Below, one piece after another: positions 11,242 to 22,300 of a stretch of 64,000 nt of DNA. Position 1 is the stretch's first letter. Every line of letters begins with the position of its first letter. The position numbers and the translations under genes were made by a program. The stretch comes from an uncultured Methanoregulaceae archaeon (GTDB lineage Archaea > Halobacteriota > Methanomicrobia > Methanomicrobiales > Methanospirillaceae): assembly GCA_963701095.1 (NCBI GenBank), contig OY969564.1, positions 800,001 through 864,000 on the forward strand, written 5' to 3'. Below the pieces are notes generated by a model, which was not told where the DNA came from, did not search any database, and saw nothing but the letters and a program-made list of their open reading frames with translations.

Positions 11242-11817
11242 ATGCAGCAAGACAATACAACGGATACGAGATTACGGGCGCTTGAACATTTAATCCTCTT
11301 ACTTTTGGGTGCACGGGATCAGAAAATTTCCCTTCTTCATCTTGAAAAGGAGGCATTTTTCTTATGGAATTTTCATCCTGATATTAAAAATTTCATGACT
11401 TTCATATCGCATTATCGCGGACCGTACTCGGAAGAGATTCAGCAGATAATTCGAAGTCCGTTCAATCTTATAGATTGCTGGAAATATTCTCCTCCGGCTC
11501 GGTATGACGCGATGAGCGGCGGATATGTTGAACTTACTCCCCACGGACGGAGAGAGTACAAACGTCTCTATACTGCCAGTTTGGCAAATCCCCAGATGAC
11601 TCCAATTCTTGCCGCTATGACGATGGTTAGGGAATTGTACGATAATTTGTCATTAGAAGAACTGTTGCTTCTCATCTATGATACCTATCCGGAGTACCAG
11701 AAGAAATCGGATGTTTTTGAATCGATCCGTAAATCAAAGAAGAGATTAGCAGAAAATCTTGTGAAAAAGGGTTATATCGACGAAGAACGATACGAAGACC
11801 TCATGGCGAGCAACTGA
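11242..11817 (+). CDS. Winged-helix protein resembling SocA/Panacea (DUF4065)/YwgA-type antitoxins
   Basis: LHLEKEAFFL...FISHYRGPYSEEI and YVELTPHG motifs. Confidence 0.55.
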   Translation: MQQDNTTDTRLRALEHLILLLLGARDQKISLLHLEKEAFFLWNFHPDIKNFMTFISHYRGPYSEEIQQIIRSPFNLIDCWKYSPPARYDAMSGGYVELTPHGRREYKRLYTASLANPQMTPILAAMTMVRELYDNLSLEELLLLIYDTYPEYQKKSDVFESIRKSKKRLAENLVKKGYIDEERYEDLMASN

Positions 11818-11818
11818 A

Positions 11819-12397
11819 ATGAGAAATTGCGTCGTAGCAGATTCAACATTTTACAGTTGTTGTACCTGTGATATCAAACGAAAAGACATTCTTTTCAAGT
11901 TCCTCTCGTTGTACCCCTTCTACCTCGGGAAAAAAATTTTGGGTGAGCTTCCAAAATCCCTCATGAACGATGATGATTTTTCACGACGCATTAGTGAATA
12001 TGATTTCGATTATTTCCAGCTCATCAAGCCCTTTTTCGGGAGGAATCCAAGTCATATCAATGATGGCGAGTACGAAGCTATTGGAATCGGGTATATGCTC
12101 GATGTTCAGGATAAACTACGTTTCCTCATTCTTGATGATCGCCGTCCCAATAAGTTTGCAAAAGCACATTTTGTCCGAATGGCACCCCGTGTGACCGGCA
12201 CGATCGGATTTGTCAAAGAGGGATGCTGTACTGACGGGAAGATCTCTGTTGAACACGCACTTGAATTTCTTGATGAAATTAAACGATCAGTAAGTGAAGG
12301 CAGGAAGCAGCGCCCATGCAGCATCACACCAGATGCCTGTAGGGCAATCCTTAAGCCTGCGATCGAATATATTAGACAATATCATGTCGACGCGTGA
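11819..12397 (+). CDS. PIN-domain protein (putative nuclease)
   Basis: VVADSTF, DGEYEAI, LILDDRR, VTGTIG acidic PIN pattern. Confidence 0.7.
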   Translation: MRNCVVADSTFYSCCTCDIKRKDILFKFLSLYPFYLGKKILGELPKSLMNDDDFSRRISEYDFDYFQLIKPFFGRNPSHINDGEYEAIGIGYMLDVQDKLRFLILDDRRPNKFAKAHFVRMAPRVTGTIGFVKEGCCTDGKISVEHALEFLDEIKRSVSEGRKQRPCSITPDACRAILKPAIEYIRQYHVDA

Positions 12398-13685
12398 TTT
12401 TGATCCTCATATCTCTGTTGAAAAGATATCACACGCGAAAGATGGTGATTATTTCATCAAACAGATTGAAATCGAACATTTACGGCAGAAAATCCAAACA
12501 CCATTAAAGATCCTCTCCGGAAACGGGATCACTGAACAAGACATCTGCACTATTCCGGGTCTCCCTTCACAACCATTCATAGAATACCAGAAGTTTGTAT
12601 CTAGTATACGCAGCTGGGTTGCTCTGCATACCCTTCTCACGGAGAAATCAAGTTCAGAACGAGTTCAGGGCCTTGATTCGTTTTTCAATATCAAAAAGAG
12701 GCCGTGGGAATCCGCATTGACAACCCTTTCCCTCGTATTCCCGAAAAATCCGTTTATTTCCTTCTCGGCCGGTATTGATGAAACGAGAAAAACTTTTCCC
12801 GGTCTCGACGAAAACAGTTATATCTGTCTTCTCGACTATATCCATTCGGCATCGAAAGCATTTGTGTTGTGCCCTGATGTCCGACTTGAGAAACGTGATG
12901 ACATTTCCACGGCGGGATATTTATCTTTTGTTGATCAGAGCATCAAAATTCTCAAAGACCGGAACAGCAAGCCGATTTTTGCCCCTCTGCATATAGAACT
13001 TTCAAAAAAGAATCTCGAAGAAGTTCTCACTCATTACAAAACACAAGGATACTCAAATATATGGATAAATTTCGATGCGAAATCTTGCCATGGAATGTAT
13101 GCTTCCCGATTGAGAACCATCATTCACCTTATCGATAAAATTCTTGAAAATCCGGATGCTACCCTGTATTTCTCACATATCAAAAAGGAGATTCTGCCTA
13201 ATATCATGGCTGATAAAGCGCCGGCATCAGACATCCTCACTCAATTCCATGGAGCGGATTTCATCGGAACAGACCGCGAGCCATGGCATCCGGTTCAAAC
13301 TGACTGGAACAACGATGACGCCATGCGTGAACTAGCGAGCAAACACAATTTCGAATCCGTAGAAGAATACAAAACAGCCCATGCACTCCACAAACACCGG
13401 ATCTTCGATCCCGAATCTTACTATTACCGGAATCTCGATCACTACCCGCAGAAACTTCCTATCGCCACTCCTACGCTTTTACGTGACAACGCAGTTAATC
13501 AGTTCATGAATAGCACCTTGATGCATTTCGAAGTCGAAAAAGCAAAGAAATCAATCGGTGAGACGCAATCTGTGAAAAAGTACCTCAAGGGCAAGGAAGC
13601 ATTCCAGGAGAATCCCGGCCTTATGGGAGACATTGTCATCCAGAAGCTGCAGTCGGGGCTCGTGGATTTTTTGGGAAATTTGTGA
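12384..13685 (+). CDS. tRNA-guanine transglycosylase (TGT)-like TIM-barrel protein
   Basis: IQTP near N-terminus, LCPD, KPIFAPL, GADFIG recall the TGT fold; no CxCxxC zinc motif; ATG 12384 overlaps PIN gene end. Confidence 0.45.
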   Translation: MSTRDFDPHISVEKISHAKDGDYFIKQIEIEHLRQKIQTPLKILSGNGITEQDICTIPGLPSQPFIEYQKFVSSIRSWVALHTLLTEKSSSERVQGLDSFFNIKKRPWESALTTLSLVFPKNPFISFSAGIDETRKTFPGLDENSYICLLDYIHSASKAFVLCPDVRLEKRDDISTAGYLSFVDQSIKILKDRNSKPIFAPLHIELSKKNLEEVLTHYKTQGYSNIWINFDAKSCHGMYASRLRTIIHLIDKILENPDATLYFSHIKKEILPNIMADKAPASDILTQFHGADFIGTDREPWHPVQTDWNNDDAMRELASKHNFESVEEYKTAHALHKHRIFDPESYYYRNLDHYPQKLPIATPTLLRDNAVNQFMNSTLMHFEVEKAKKSIGETQSVKKYLKGKEAFQENPGLMGDIVIQKLQSGLVDFLGNL

Positions 13686-13825
13686 AATAAATTACTTCAT
13701 AGAGATGGATTCCCTCCCGGACAGAATCCATGACCTCGACAAGCTCCACGGCAGACCGGTTGTCTTCTGATAGGTACTCTTTGAGAAGAAGAAGGAGTAA
13801 CTGGTGGTGATTATCTTCAGAGCCG

Positions 13826-16800
13826 TTATTTTACATATGGACAAGAACCGCGCTTTTTTACTTTATTGCGGTTGAATCCCGGGGGGGTTGGTTTAAATCT
13901 GTCATCATCCGTTGATGCAAGTGGATGGGATACAAGTTGAGCTGGATAGTCTAATGATTGAAATTTTCTTAATTTTCCAATGTTTAATTCCGCAGTCAAA
14001 ATTGTATTATCATCGCCTCCTGATACGCGAAGTATATCCATTCTATCTTTTCTAGTAGGTTGAACGATCCTTGAATCTCCGAATTCTGAACAATTTACTT
14101 GGATGACATAGCAATGTAAATCCTTCACAACAGATTCCACTATCGAAGAAAAGTAATTTGTATCTTTATTTAATACACAAGCTATGAGTAAATCCAATTC
14201 TGATCTGAAAATGGCTCTGTGTTTAATATCAGAAACTTCATAGCAATTATAAATTGAGAATTGGCAGCCTCTCCACTTAAAAAGGTCGTATCTCGAACAT
14301 TTGTTTTCAGGAATCACTAATTTTTGTTCTTTTAAGTTCTCAATCTCTCTTGGTGCAAAATGATTTTTACATCGAATCGAGAGGCAACATGTCTTATATT
14401 TTTCCTTATTTTTTACGGGAAGAGCCGACACAATAAAATTATTTGCAACGCTCTCTTCTTTTTTAACTATCCAATATTCCATCCCGAAGATTAATGCCAT
14501 CTGATGATTACGTGCATATTTGACTAAAAAAGGCAACCATCGATATGGGATAGATAATTCTGGGAGTACAAGAAGGTCACAGCTTCGTTTTTTTGCTTGG
14601 TTAATAATTGAAAATAATTCTTTTTGACGTTTAAAAGTCAGATTAGGTTTTTCATTTTGATGATAACTTCTATTGACATCATCGTCAGCTATTTTGATAT
14701 TCGCCACACCCACCTTAATTTTTCCGGTCGGCTTCTCTGAATGCATTGAATATTTTTTTGGCACACAATGCTCAATTACTTCTATAATATCGTCATGATC
14801 AGAATAGGACAATTCCTTATTTTTCCTAATCGATATCGGAAAATTTTTATTGACGTGAGAAATCTCATTATAGTCTTCTTCAAGAGAATCTAATTTGATT
14901 TTATCTCCATGCAAAACTTGCTTGAGAAATTGAAAAAGGAAATATTCATCAAAATGAATGAATCTGGGGGATAATTCAAGTTTTTTCAGATTTAATTTAA
15001 ACGATTTTTCCGTAAACCTAGTCTCAAATCTATCCCACTCAATAAGGGATGATTCATAATTTGTATAATTAATCAAAGGATATGCAACGTAATTATGTTT
15101 GATAAGATTAGATTGTCTGAATTTTTTTGCATAATTACTGATTTTTTCAGACTGAGAATGAGAATCTCTAGCAAATGAATAACGTCGAAAAGATTCTTCG
15201 TTATGCTTTTCAAGATAAATATCCTTATCATTTCCTAGGAGACCAACGGGAATAGAAATTGCAATTAGTAGATATTCAAAAAGATTATTTTTTAGTTTTT
15301 TAAGTATTCCTTCATTAATTTGAGGGGTATTTTTGATTCCACAATCTTGATTTTTGATATTTTCCTCTGGGAAAAATTTTGTAATCTTAAGAATTGTTTC
15401 CTGAACATCGAAGAAAAATCTAGCTCCCTCTTTTTCTTGATTTGTCAATATTGTGAAAGAGAACAGTTTCTCCCATGTTTTACAAAAAGCAACGAAATTT
15501 TTTCCTTTGTAAAACTTAAACAACTGATCTGAAATTTTCTTTAAATCCTTATCATCAATTTCACTCTGATTTAAACCCGTAATTATATTTGTTAAATTCT
15601 TTGAGAATTCGGTAATATTCTCTACAATTCCAATAATATTTCTCCATTTGTTCGTTGATCCATCAAACAAAATATTGTAAGACTTTCTCGTTCACGTAAT
15701 ATTGCAGATTATCATCGGGTAAGAAAAAGAACGCACTTGCATTGTCATCTATTTTTTTCTTAAATGAATCTAACAACGCTTGGGATTGATCAGCTAAAAA
15801 GAAATGTAGAATCAATTTTTTCTCTTGAATTTGTAGCATGTCATCGCTAACAAGAAAATATGATTTCTTTTTTGGATCATAATTAAAAATTTCAGTCTTG
15901 CAAAAAAAATTATTCATAAAATTATAAATTTTATTATCCGGTTCAATTATTGGATCTCTCATAACTATAAGTATATCATCAACATACCTACCGTAATATT
16001 CCGGCTTCACCACTTTCAAAATTTTTTCATCCAAATCTTTCAGATGCCAGTTGCAAAGTAAACTTGATGAGGCTAACCCAATTGGCAATGGTAGAATATT
16101 ATTTGGAATGTGATTATGCGAATGACGAAATATCTCTCGAATACTTTTTTGATATTGCTGATGAATTCTTTCTAAAATATCGGTTAGTTTTATAGCGAAT
16201 TCTAACTCGTTGAAATCTCTTATTTTCCTTTTTAAGACCTTGCGGATATTATCGAAATCCGTATTAATGCAATAAAAACATTGCTTTAAGTCTAATGAAA
16301 GAATTGCAACATTCTCTTTATCAATATTAAGAATATTTTCTGCAGTTTTTAGAGCATTATTCCTCCAATCCTGGTATTGTGTATTATACAGTTTGAAAAT
16401 GTGGCTGCTGTGATCTTCGGATCTGAACAGACTGTCATTTAATCTGGATGCGTAACAGGATTTTGATAGTTCAGATTCTAGTTTAACACCCGCTTTCATT
16501 AACCAGATGACACTAATTAAGTGTAATTCAATGGGGGCATCAATGAAAAAATTTACACCCTCTAGATAGTATTCTTCAGAAGATTTCTGATTTGTTAAAA
16601 AATGTTCGTCGTGGTTTTTTGTTTTATTCTTTGAATCCTCCCTTTTTTTATCCTCTTGTGTTTTTACGGATTTTGGGAGTAAATTGTACCCAATTTTTTC
16701 AATATATGGATCTAAAATTGTGATATCGTTTTGTGAATTATCTTTTAAGGTATCAATTATTGAAGCAAAATTTATTAGTTTCTCTTGAAATTCCTCTGAG

Positions 16801-16907
16801 CATTCAAAATCGGCTAATTTTTTAATTTGAAATAAATTCAATGTTTCAAAATAAACCGTCTGTTTGAGTTTTTTATATGCGACATTTACTAAATCAGTTG
16901 AATCCAT
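13826..16907 (-). CDS. Reverse transcriptase-nitrilase fusion (DRT1/UG1/UG5-like defence RT); frameshift near 15685
   Basis: RT motifs SLDLKQCFY, LPIGLASS, YGRYVDDILI; nitrilase-fold motifs LVLPELSIP, KNHFAPRE, YNCYE; removing one A in GAGAAAGTC fuses the two ORFs (KSYNILFDGSTNK). Confidence 0.85.
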
Positions 16908-17099
16908 TCTAGCCTTCTAGAAGATAAAATGAAATTTTATTATATATAAATTAGGTACTATCGTATCAAAATTAAACTAGTTAGGATATTCGCAATTGAG
17001 TTAACGGAGAAAGTTACACTCCATTCCGGGTTTGTCCTATCCTCAATTGGTTTTATTAGCCCTTAGCCTTTTCAGTCGAAGTCAAATGCATAATTCTTA

Positions 17100-17960
17100 T
17101 TAATGATTTAGAATTTTTTCCGGGCAGACCTCTGCATACTTACAACTCATACACTCCCTTTGCGAAGGCCGTGCCGGGAAATTCCCGAATTCGTAACTCG
17201 TGTTCATCGCCGCAAACTCACGGAGGATCATTTCCTGCACATTGTGTAACTGATCCTCATAGAAGGCGTAGGGTTTCGTTACGCCGGTTTTCAGGTAAAC
17301 AAGTTCTGTGCCAATATTATCGATACTCATCTTGTAGTATTCTTTTGCCCAGAGCACATATGCCATCATCTGAAGTTCCGTTTCGTACTCATCATCGTCC
17401 CTGCCGGTCTTCCAGTCCGTGAGGATGAGAGTGCTTTCAGGCATCCTCCCGACAAAATCAACCTTGACTGTTACCTCGACATCCTCAATATAGAAATGAT
17501 CATACTGCTCATGCCTTAGGCACCCCCGATTCTCATAGGCTGGCCATTTTCCGAAAAATGTCTGCAGGCATGTCTTTCCGTTCTCGTAGATATATGTAAA
17601 GAAAGTGCTGGGGATCTTCTCGCCGTTGTGGTATTCGGTGAAGGTCTCGCCGCCGATATTTTCGTACAGCGAAACTTTTTTCGAGAATGCATCTAGTGCC
17701 TCGGCAAGATCAATCGGCTTGTTCTCGCAATGGAGCTGGATCTGCTGGTCGATGATATCGTGGATGAGCTGTCCCTGAACGACAAATTTGGACGTGAAGT
17801 TCTTGAGCCACCGGATTTTATCCGGATCAACGACCACCTCACTTTTCACATACGGTGCGATGTACTCGTAATAATATTGCCTCTGGCACCGGTTCCAAAC
17901 CCTGTGTTTGGTAAACGACCACGTGTTGATCTTGAAGAAAAAGGGATCGAGATCCGGCAT
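17100..17960 (-). CDS. PD-(D/E)XK nuclease, Cas4/AddB-like with four Cys
   Basis: WSFT..CQRQYYY, GQLIH, KVDF, LTDWKTG, QMMAY, CMSCKYAEVC. Confidence 0.85.
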   Translation of the reverse strand: MPDLDPFFFKINTWSFTKHRVWNRCQRQYYYEYIAPYVKSEVVVDPDKIRWLKNFTSKFVVQGQLIHDIIDQQIQLHCENKPIDLAEALDAFSKKVSLYENIGGETFTEYHNGEKIPSTFFTYIYENGKTCLQTFFGKWPAYENRGCLRHEQYDHFYIEDVEVTVKVDFVGRMPESTLILTDWKTGRDDDEYETELQMMAYVLWAKEYYKMSIDNIGTELVYLKTGVTKPYAFYEDQLHNVQEMILREFAAMNTSYEFGNFPARPSQRECMSCKYAEVCPEKILNH

Positions 17961-18203
17961 ATGGTTCTGTTGCAAGGGAATCCCGAAATATGTTTCCTTT
18001 AAAGGGTCTAGTGGTTCTGTTAACTTAGTCAGGGATCGGATATTTTATTAGGAGTTGGAAAATTTGATAATCCCATAACAAGTTGACGGAGCCTTAGGAA
18101 CGATGATTGGGTTGGCGGTAAAATAAATCCCAATATCTTATTCAAATCATTAAACAATAAGTTTATTTTGTTATTTTCCCTTCATCTGAATAACAGATAT
18201 TAT

Positions 18204-18884
18204 ATGACACTTGTAGTTGTATTTCCAGCAAAAGACGGGGTTGTTATTGGTTCTGATACGCAATTAACAAGAGGAAGTACACGTTGTCAAGATCTGAAAA
18301 TTATAGGATTCAGTCCCAATTGTTTATGGGCTGCTGCGGGTGATATTCCTCTTATTCAACGATTTAAAAAAGAACTAAACAAAACACCTGCAAAAAAGAA
18401 ATCTTTGGAATCAACAAGAGATGAAATAAGTCAAATAATAAAGAAAGTAATGAGTCAAGCGATGAAAACCGACGTTCGTTTTGATATGGTTAGTCATCCA
18501 ACTGACCTTTTACGCCTATATAATCTTGAAATAATTTTTGCTGAGTACACTAATACACCCACAATATATCATTACTTAAATACAGGTGTTTCTGAAATTT
18601 TAGAGCGCCCTCATGCTATTGGTGTAGGCCATGATTTTGCATTTGCACTTTTACAAAAATACGAAAATACTATTCGTGAGTTTGATACAGATAAAGCCTT
18701 AATTTTAGTATATAAAATTCTTAACGAAGCCATTAAGGTTGGAGCCTATGATATTAATTTCCCTATTGATATTTGGGTTATAAAATCGAATGGAGCAAAG
18801 CCTATTCAAGGGGAAGAACTTGATACACTTCATAATAAATTTCAAGAATTGCAAGATAAAGAAGTAAAACTATTAATTCCGTAA
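18204..18884 (+). CDS. Proteasome beta-subunit-like Ntn hydrolase
   Basis: MTLVV..KDGVVIGSDTQLT..LKI (Thr1, Asp17, Lys33 equivalents), AAGD. Confidence 0.75.
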   Translation: MTLVVVFPAKDGVVIGSDTQLTRGSTRCQDLKIIGFSPNCLWAAAGDIPLIQRFKKELNKTPAKKKSLESTRDEISQIIKKVMSQAMKTDVRFDMVSHPTDLLRLYNLEIIFAEYTNTPTIYHYLNTGVSEILERPHAIGVGHDFAFALLQKYENTIREFDTDKALILVYKILNEAIKVGAYDINFPIDIWVIKSNGAKPIQGEELDTLHNKFQELQDKEVKLLIP

Positions 18885-19019
18885 TTAGCCCAATCTTCTA
18901 TAACCACATCTACTGCAATAATAAACTTGAACCATCCGTTCCCTATTTGTTAAGGGATTTTTTTGCTTCAACTGCCCCGCCCTATGCATGGGGGATCCGC
19001 AAATCGGGCATTTCTCCAT
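18885..19019 (-). CDS. Small zinc-ribbon protein (CPxCG type)
   Basis: MEKCPICGSPM...YYCSRCGY. Confidence 0.6.
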   Translation of the reverse strand: MEKCPICGSPMHRAGQLKQKNPLTNRERMVQVYYCSRCGYRRLG

Positions 19020-19175
19020 CTTATTTCCAACAGTATCTTTCTTATTCGCTGGATTATTATTATTTTCTAATATTTGTCCTTCTGTTTGTTCTTTTGCGAC
19101 AACCCGTGACTTATCACTTAATTCCAAATTTATCAACCTGTCGTTAACTTATAAGAACCCCACGATCCATCCCCA

Positions 19176-19257
19176 TTCCCCAATCCCTCCCCATTCCTTC
19201 CTTTTCTGCCGAATTCATACCCAGATATAACCCCACAAAACACCAATATATTCAATG
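19176..19257 (+). promoter_or_regulatory. Conserved virion-gene promoter module, copy 1
   Basis: CT-rich tract, GCCGAATTCAT (19208), GATATAA, ATATTCA-ATG; ATG 47 nt after motif start. Confidence 0.8.
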
Positions 19258-20376
19258 CCCGATTCTCAAAAACTCGCCGCGGTCGACAACGAAGGGACGT
19301 TCTCCCACTCTTCTCATGATGTCCGGCTCCAGCGGCTCGACACGTACCTTCCCTACACCGGCACCCCATCCGGGAAACTGAAGTATACCGTAGACAACTT
19401 CGCCGGTACAGAAAAAGCCTGGGACAACGCTCTCGCCGTCTTTGTCCCGGAAGGCGTCCCCGTCCAGCACGTAGACCATACCCGGTTCGCCCATGATGCA
19501 CATGCGGAGGCTGCCCGGTTAGGGTACAGAATTGTCGGGCACCATGCAGATACGAAAGTCATAGACCAAGGCCCCGGAGAGCCGCGGGTCATGACCAAAG
19601 CCGTCTTCACCGACCCCGCAGTAGACCGGCTCGCACGTGAAGGAAAACTCTCCGTCTCAAGCGGCTTCGACGCCGAAATCATCCCCGGGGAAGACCGCAT
19701 GGCCGGTACCGTAACCCCCAACCACGTCCTCTACTTCATCAGGAACGAACCTACCGCCTTTGGCACAAAAGCCACGCCAAACGACCTCGGCGCCATGGTC
19801 GACAACCTCCAGGAACAAACCCCCGAAAACACGCTCCCAGGAACTCGCATGATAGAAACTGAAGAAACCAAAACGCTCCTTGAAAAGATCGCAAAGAAAG
19901 TCGACAACATCAGGGAACACGTCGTACCGAAACCCGAAGACCTCCAGGCCGCGGTTGACAACCTCAGGAAAGAAAGCGAGGACAAGACAGCAGAGATCAC
20001 CACCCTCAGACACCAGGTCACGGAGAAAGACACCACGATAACCGAGCTCCAGAAAAGCAAAGACCAGCTCGACAACCTCCTTGCACAGAAAGCCGAGGAA
20101 ACCAGGAACCAGCGGTGGCAGGAGGTCAAGAACCTGTACAAACCGGCACTCTTCCACAAGACCGACGACGAAACCCGGCTCCGGAACGAATTCGAACAGG
20201 ATCCCGCCGGGTTCGTTCTTGCAAACGTCAGTAACCTCGCACCCGCCCCGGCCAAACAGGAAGCACAAGGAAAATCAGCGATAGGAAACGTCGATAGCAT
20301 GGAAAAAATCGATACCCGCAAAGCCGCCGGCGTCTACGATGCCACGACCAAATCCATGAGACCGCTGGAGGGATAG
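19255..20376 (+). CDS. Prohead protease/scaffold (DUF2213-like)
   Basis: LSVSSGFDA, PNHV, C-terminal coiled coil; precedes capsid genes. Confidence 0.7.
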   Translation: MPDSQKLAAVDNEGTFSHSSHDVRLQRLDTYLPYTGTPSGKLKYTVDNFAGTEKAWDNALAVFVPEGVPVQHVDHTRFAHDAHAEAARLGYRIVGHHADTKVIDQGPGEPRVMTKAVFTDPAVDRLAREGKLSVSSGFDAEIIPGEDRMAGTVTPNHVLYFIRNEPTAFGTKATPNDLGAMVDNLQEQTPENTLPGTRMIETEETKTLLEKIAKKVDNIREHVVPKPEDLQAAVDNLRKESEDKTAEITTLRHQVTEKDTTITELQKSKDQLDNLLAQKAEETRNQRWQEVKNLYKPALFHKTDDETRLRNEFEQDPAGFVLANVSNLAPAPAKQEAQGKSAIGNVDSMEKIDTRKAAGVYDATTKSMRPLEG

Positions 20377-20380
20377 ATCC

Positions 20381-20845
20381 ATGCCGTCACTGTTCAACAA
20401 ACCGCTGAACCGCATCGTCCAGAACGATTTCGGCGGTGCCCTGTTCGCCCAGATCGGCCCGAACGCAACCCTCGCGTACATGATCCCCGGTGCTGTTGTC
20501 GCAAACGACACCTATGACAACTGTTTCAAGGAAGCCACCGATCCCAGCAACAACATCGGGGTGCTCGGGTACGAAGAAACCCTCCCGGCAAACCAGCCGC
20601 TCTCCATCACGAGCGCCTATACGGCCACCGGTACCAAGGTCGCCATCCACAACACCCCCGGTATGCGGTTCCATGCCTGGATCGCGGCAAACCAGAGTGT
20701 CAAACCGGGTACCCGGCTGAAATGCACCGCCGCCGGCCAGCTCACCCAGACGACTTCACCCACCGACCCTGTCAACGCGGTTGCCCTGGAGACGGTAACC
20801 AGCACCAGCGCATTCCAGGCGTGGTGTATCTGGACCATGAGGTGA
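20381..20845 (+). CDS. Putative head decoration/cement protein
   Basis: 154 aa between protease and capsid; VKPGTRLKCTAAGQL..AVALE. Confidence 0.55.
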   Translation: MPSLFNKPLNRIVQNDFGGALFAQIGPNATLAYMIPGAVVANDTYDNCFKEATDPSNNIGVLGYEETLPANQPLSITSAYTATGTKVAIHNTPGMRFHAWIAANQSVKPGTRLKCTAAGQLTQTTSPTDPVNAVALETVTSTSAFQAWCIWTMR

Positions 20846-20853
20846 TCTAAACC

Positions 20854-21758
20854 ATGACTTCCGATCTTACGTTTATTGAACGGACTTTTGACAAGGCCAT
20901 TGTCCAGGTCCTGCGTGAACCGACCGTGGGCTACAAGCTCATGCCGATGAACACCGATTTCCGGGGTATAGGAAAAGAGAGCGTTGAGTACTTCAACTAC
21001 AAACAGCGGGGCAGCGCGAAGATCGCGTACAGTTTTGACCGCAACGGTCCCGACACGATTGACGCCAACGGCACGATCATCAAGGTACCGATCCTCCAGA
21101 CCCAGGTCAAGATCCCGCGCCGGTCGTTCCAGATGATGGTCGACAACGGCGTCCCGTTATCCAACGATATCGCGTTCGATATGATCCGGGCGATCAATAT
21201 CCAGGTTGACGGGCTGGTGATCAACGGCTGGACAGAAGACGGCGTTACCTACGAATCGTTAGGCATGAGCCAGATTGCCGGGACTGCCGTTACCGGTGCG
21301 ACCGTCCAGACCTTCGGGAACACGTACAAGGCTATCCAGAAAGCCATTGCTGCGATGGTGCTTGCCGGTATTGATGCACCGGCCTACAACGCCCTCATGA
21401 ACCCTGTCCAGGCCGGGATCCTGAAAGGGTCTTTGAACGCGAACTCGGGCAACCCGGAAATGGCGATGGTTCTGGATGCGTTGAACCCGAACGGCGGCAA
21501 TACCGGGCAGTTCTTCCAGCGGTCTAACGTGCCGGCGGGATACATGATCGTTGCCCGGCACCGGTGGAAACGTCAAAGGCGTATTTCGATCTTATTGAGA
21601 CTGTGGCTCCCATGCACAACGCCTGGTTTGACAACGGGAACGAAAATACCGGTGATGTGTGGATCGAGCAGTATACCTGTCTTGTTCCCCGGTTCAAGCA
21701 CAAGGATCCTGTATTGCAAACCGATCCGGCTATCGCGTACGTATCTTCGATGACCTGA
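20854..21758 (+). CDS. Major capsid protein (HK97/encapsulin-like); frameshift near 21570
   Basis: Size, position, VPILQTQVKIPRR, DGLVING, PAYNALMNP; C-terminus continues in ORF 21564-21758. Confidence 0.75.
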
Positions 21759-21768
21759 GGTTTTTACC

Positions 21769-21972
21769 ATGAAACTCAAGGTTATCAAGAATACGCTGGT
21801 TCTGGCCGATGGTACCGTGGTTAAAGCCCACGCTCTTTTTGAGGCGGAGGAGCCCTATGCGAGTGAGTATATCAAGGGGAGAATAGCTGTGGCTGTACCG
21901 AGCTCTTCTGGTGAGAGTGTGGTACCGGAGGAAGAGAGGGTACGTCCGGGAAGACCAAGCGGGAAAAAATGA
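21769..21972 (+). CDS. Small hypothetical virion-block protein
   Basis: RBS GAGG, follows capsid, then T-rich tract. Confidence 0.55.
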   Translation: MKLKVIKNTLVLADGTVVKAHALFEAEEPYASEYIKGRIAVAVPSSSGESVVPEEERVRPGRPSGKK

Positions 21973-22300
21973 TACTTTAATCTTAAACAACTTTTTTTAA
22001 AAAATTACACTATATTTAGTGAACACTTTTTTTAGAGTATAACTCAAATATTGGTCCTCAGATATTCTTCAATTGAGATTCTCTCTCTTGAGTGCAATCG
22101 GTAAAAAGGCTGGTACAGGATAAATATTAGATTGTTAGTAGCTGATTTGCTTTCCTTTAATTGCGGTTAAATTCTCCGTTGAGGAATTCAAATATTTTGA
22201 GGATTCTTTGGCCGGGATCCTCTATGAGATTAAAATTAAGATCAATTATCACTTTATCAGAATCGGTTTAAAAATTATCAAATTATCATCAAATAAGAAA

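Noticed and set aside
13826..16907. RT as a diversity-generating retroelement, retron or group II intron
   Set aside because: Nitrilase fusion indicates the UG/DRT class; no TR/VR pair near the tail fibre, msr-msd or intron structure was seen
17100..17960. CRISPR adaptation gene cas4
   Set aside because: No cas1/cas2 or array nearby; treated as a solo nuclease
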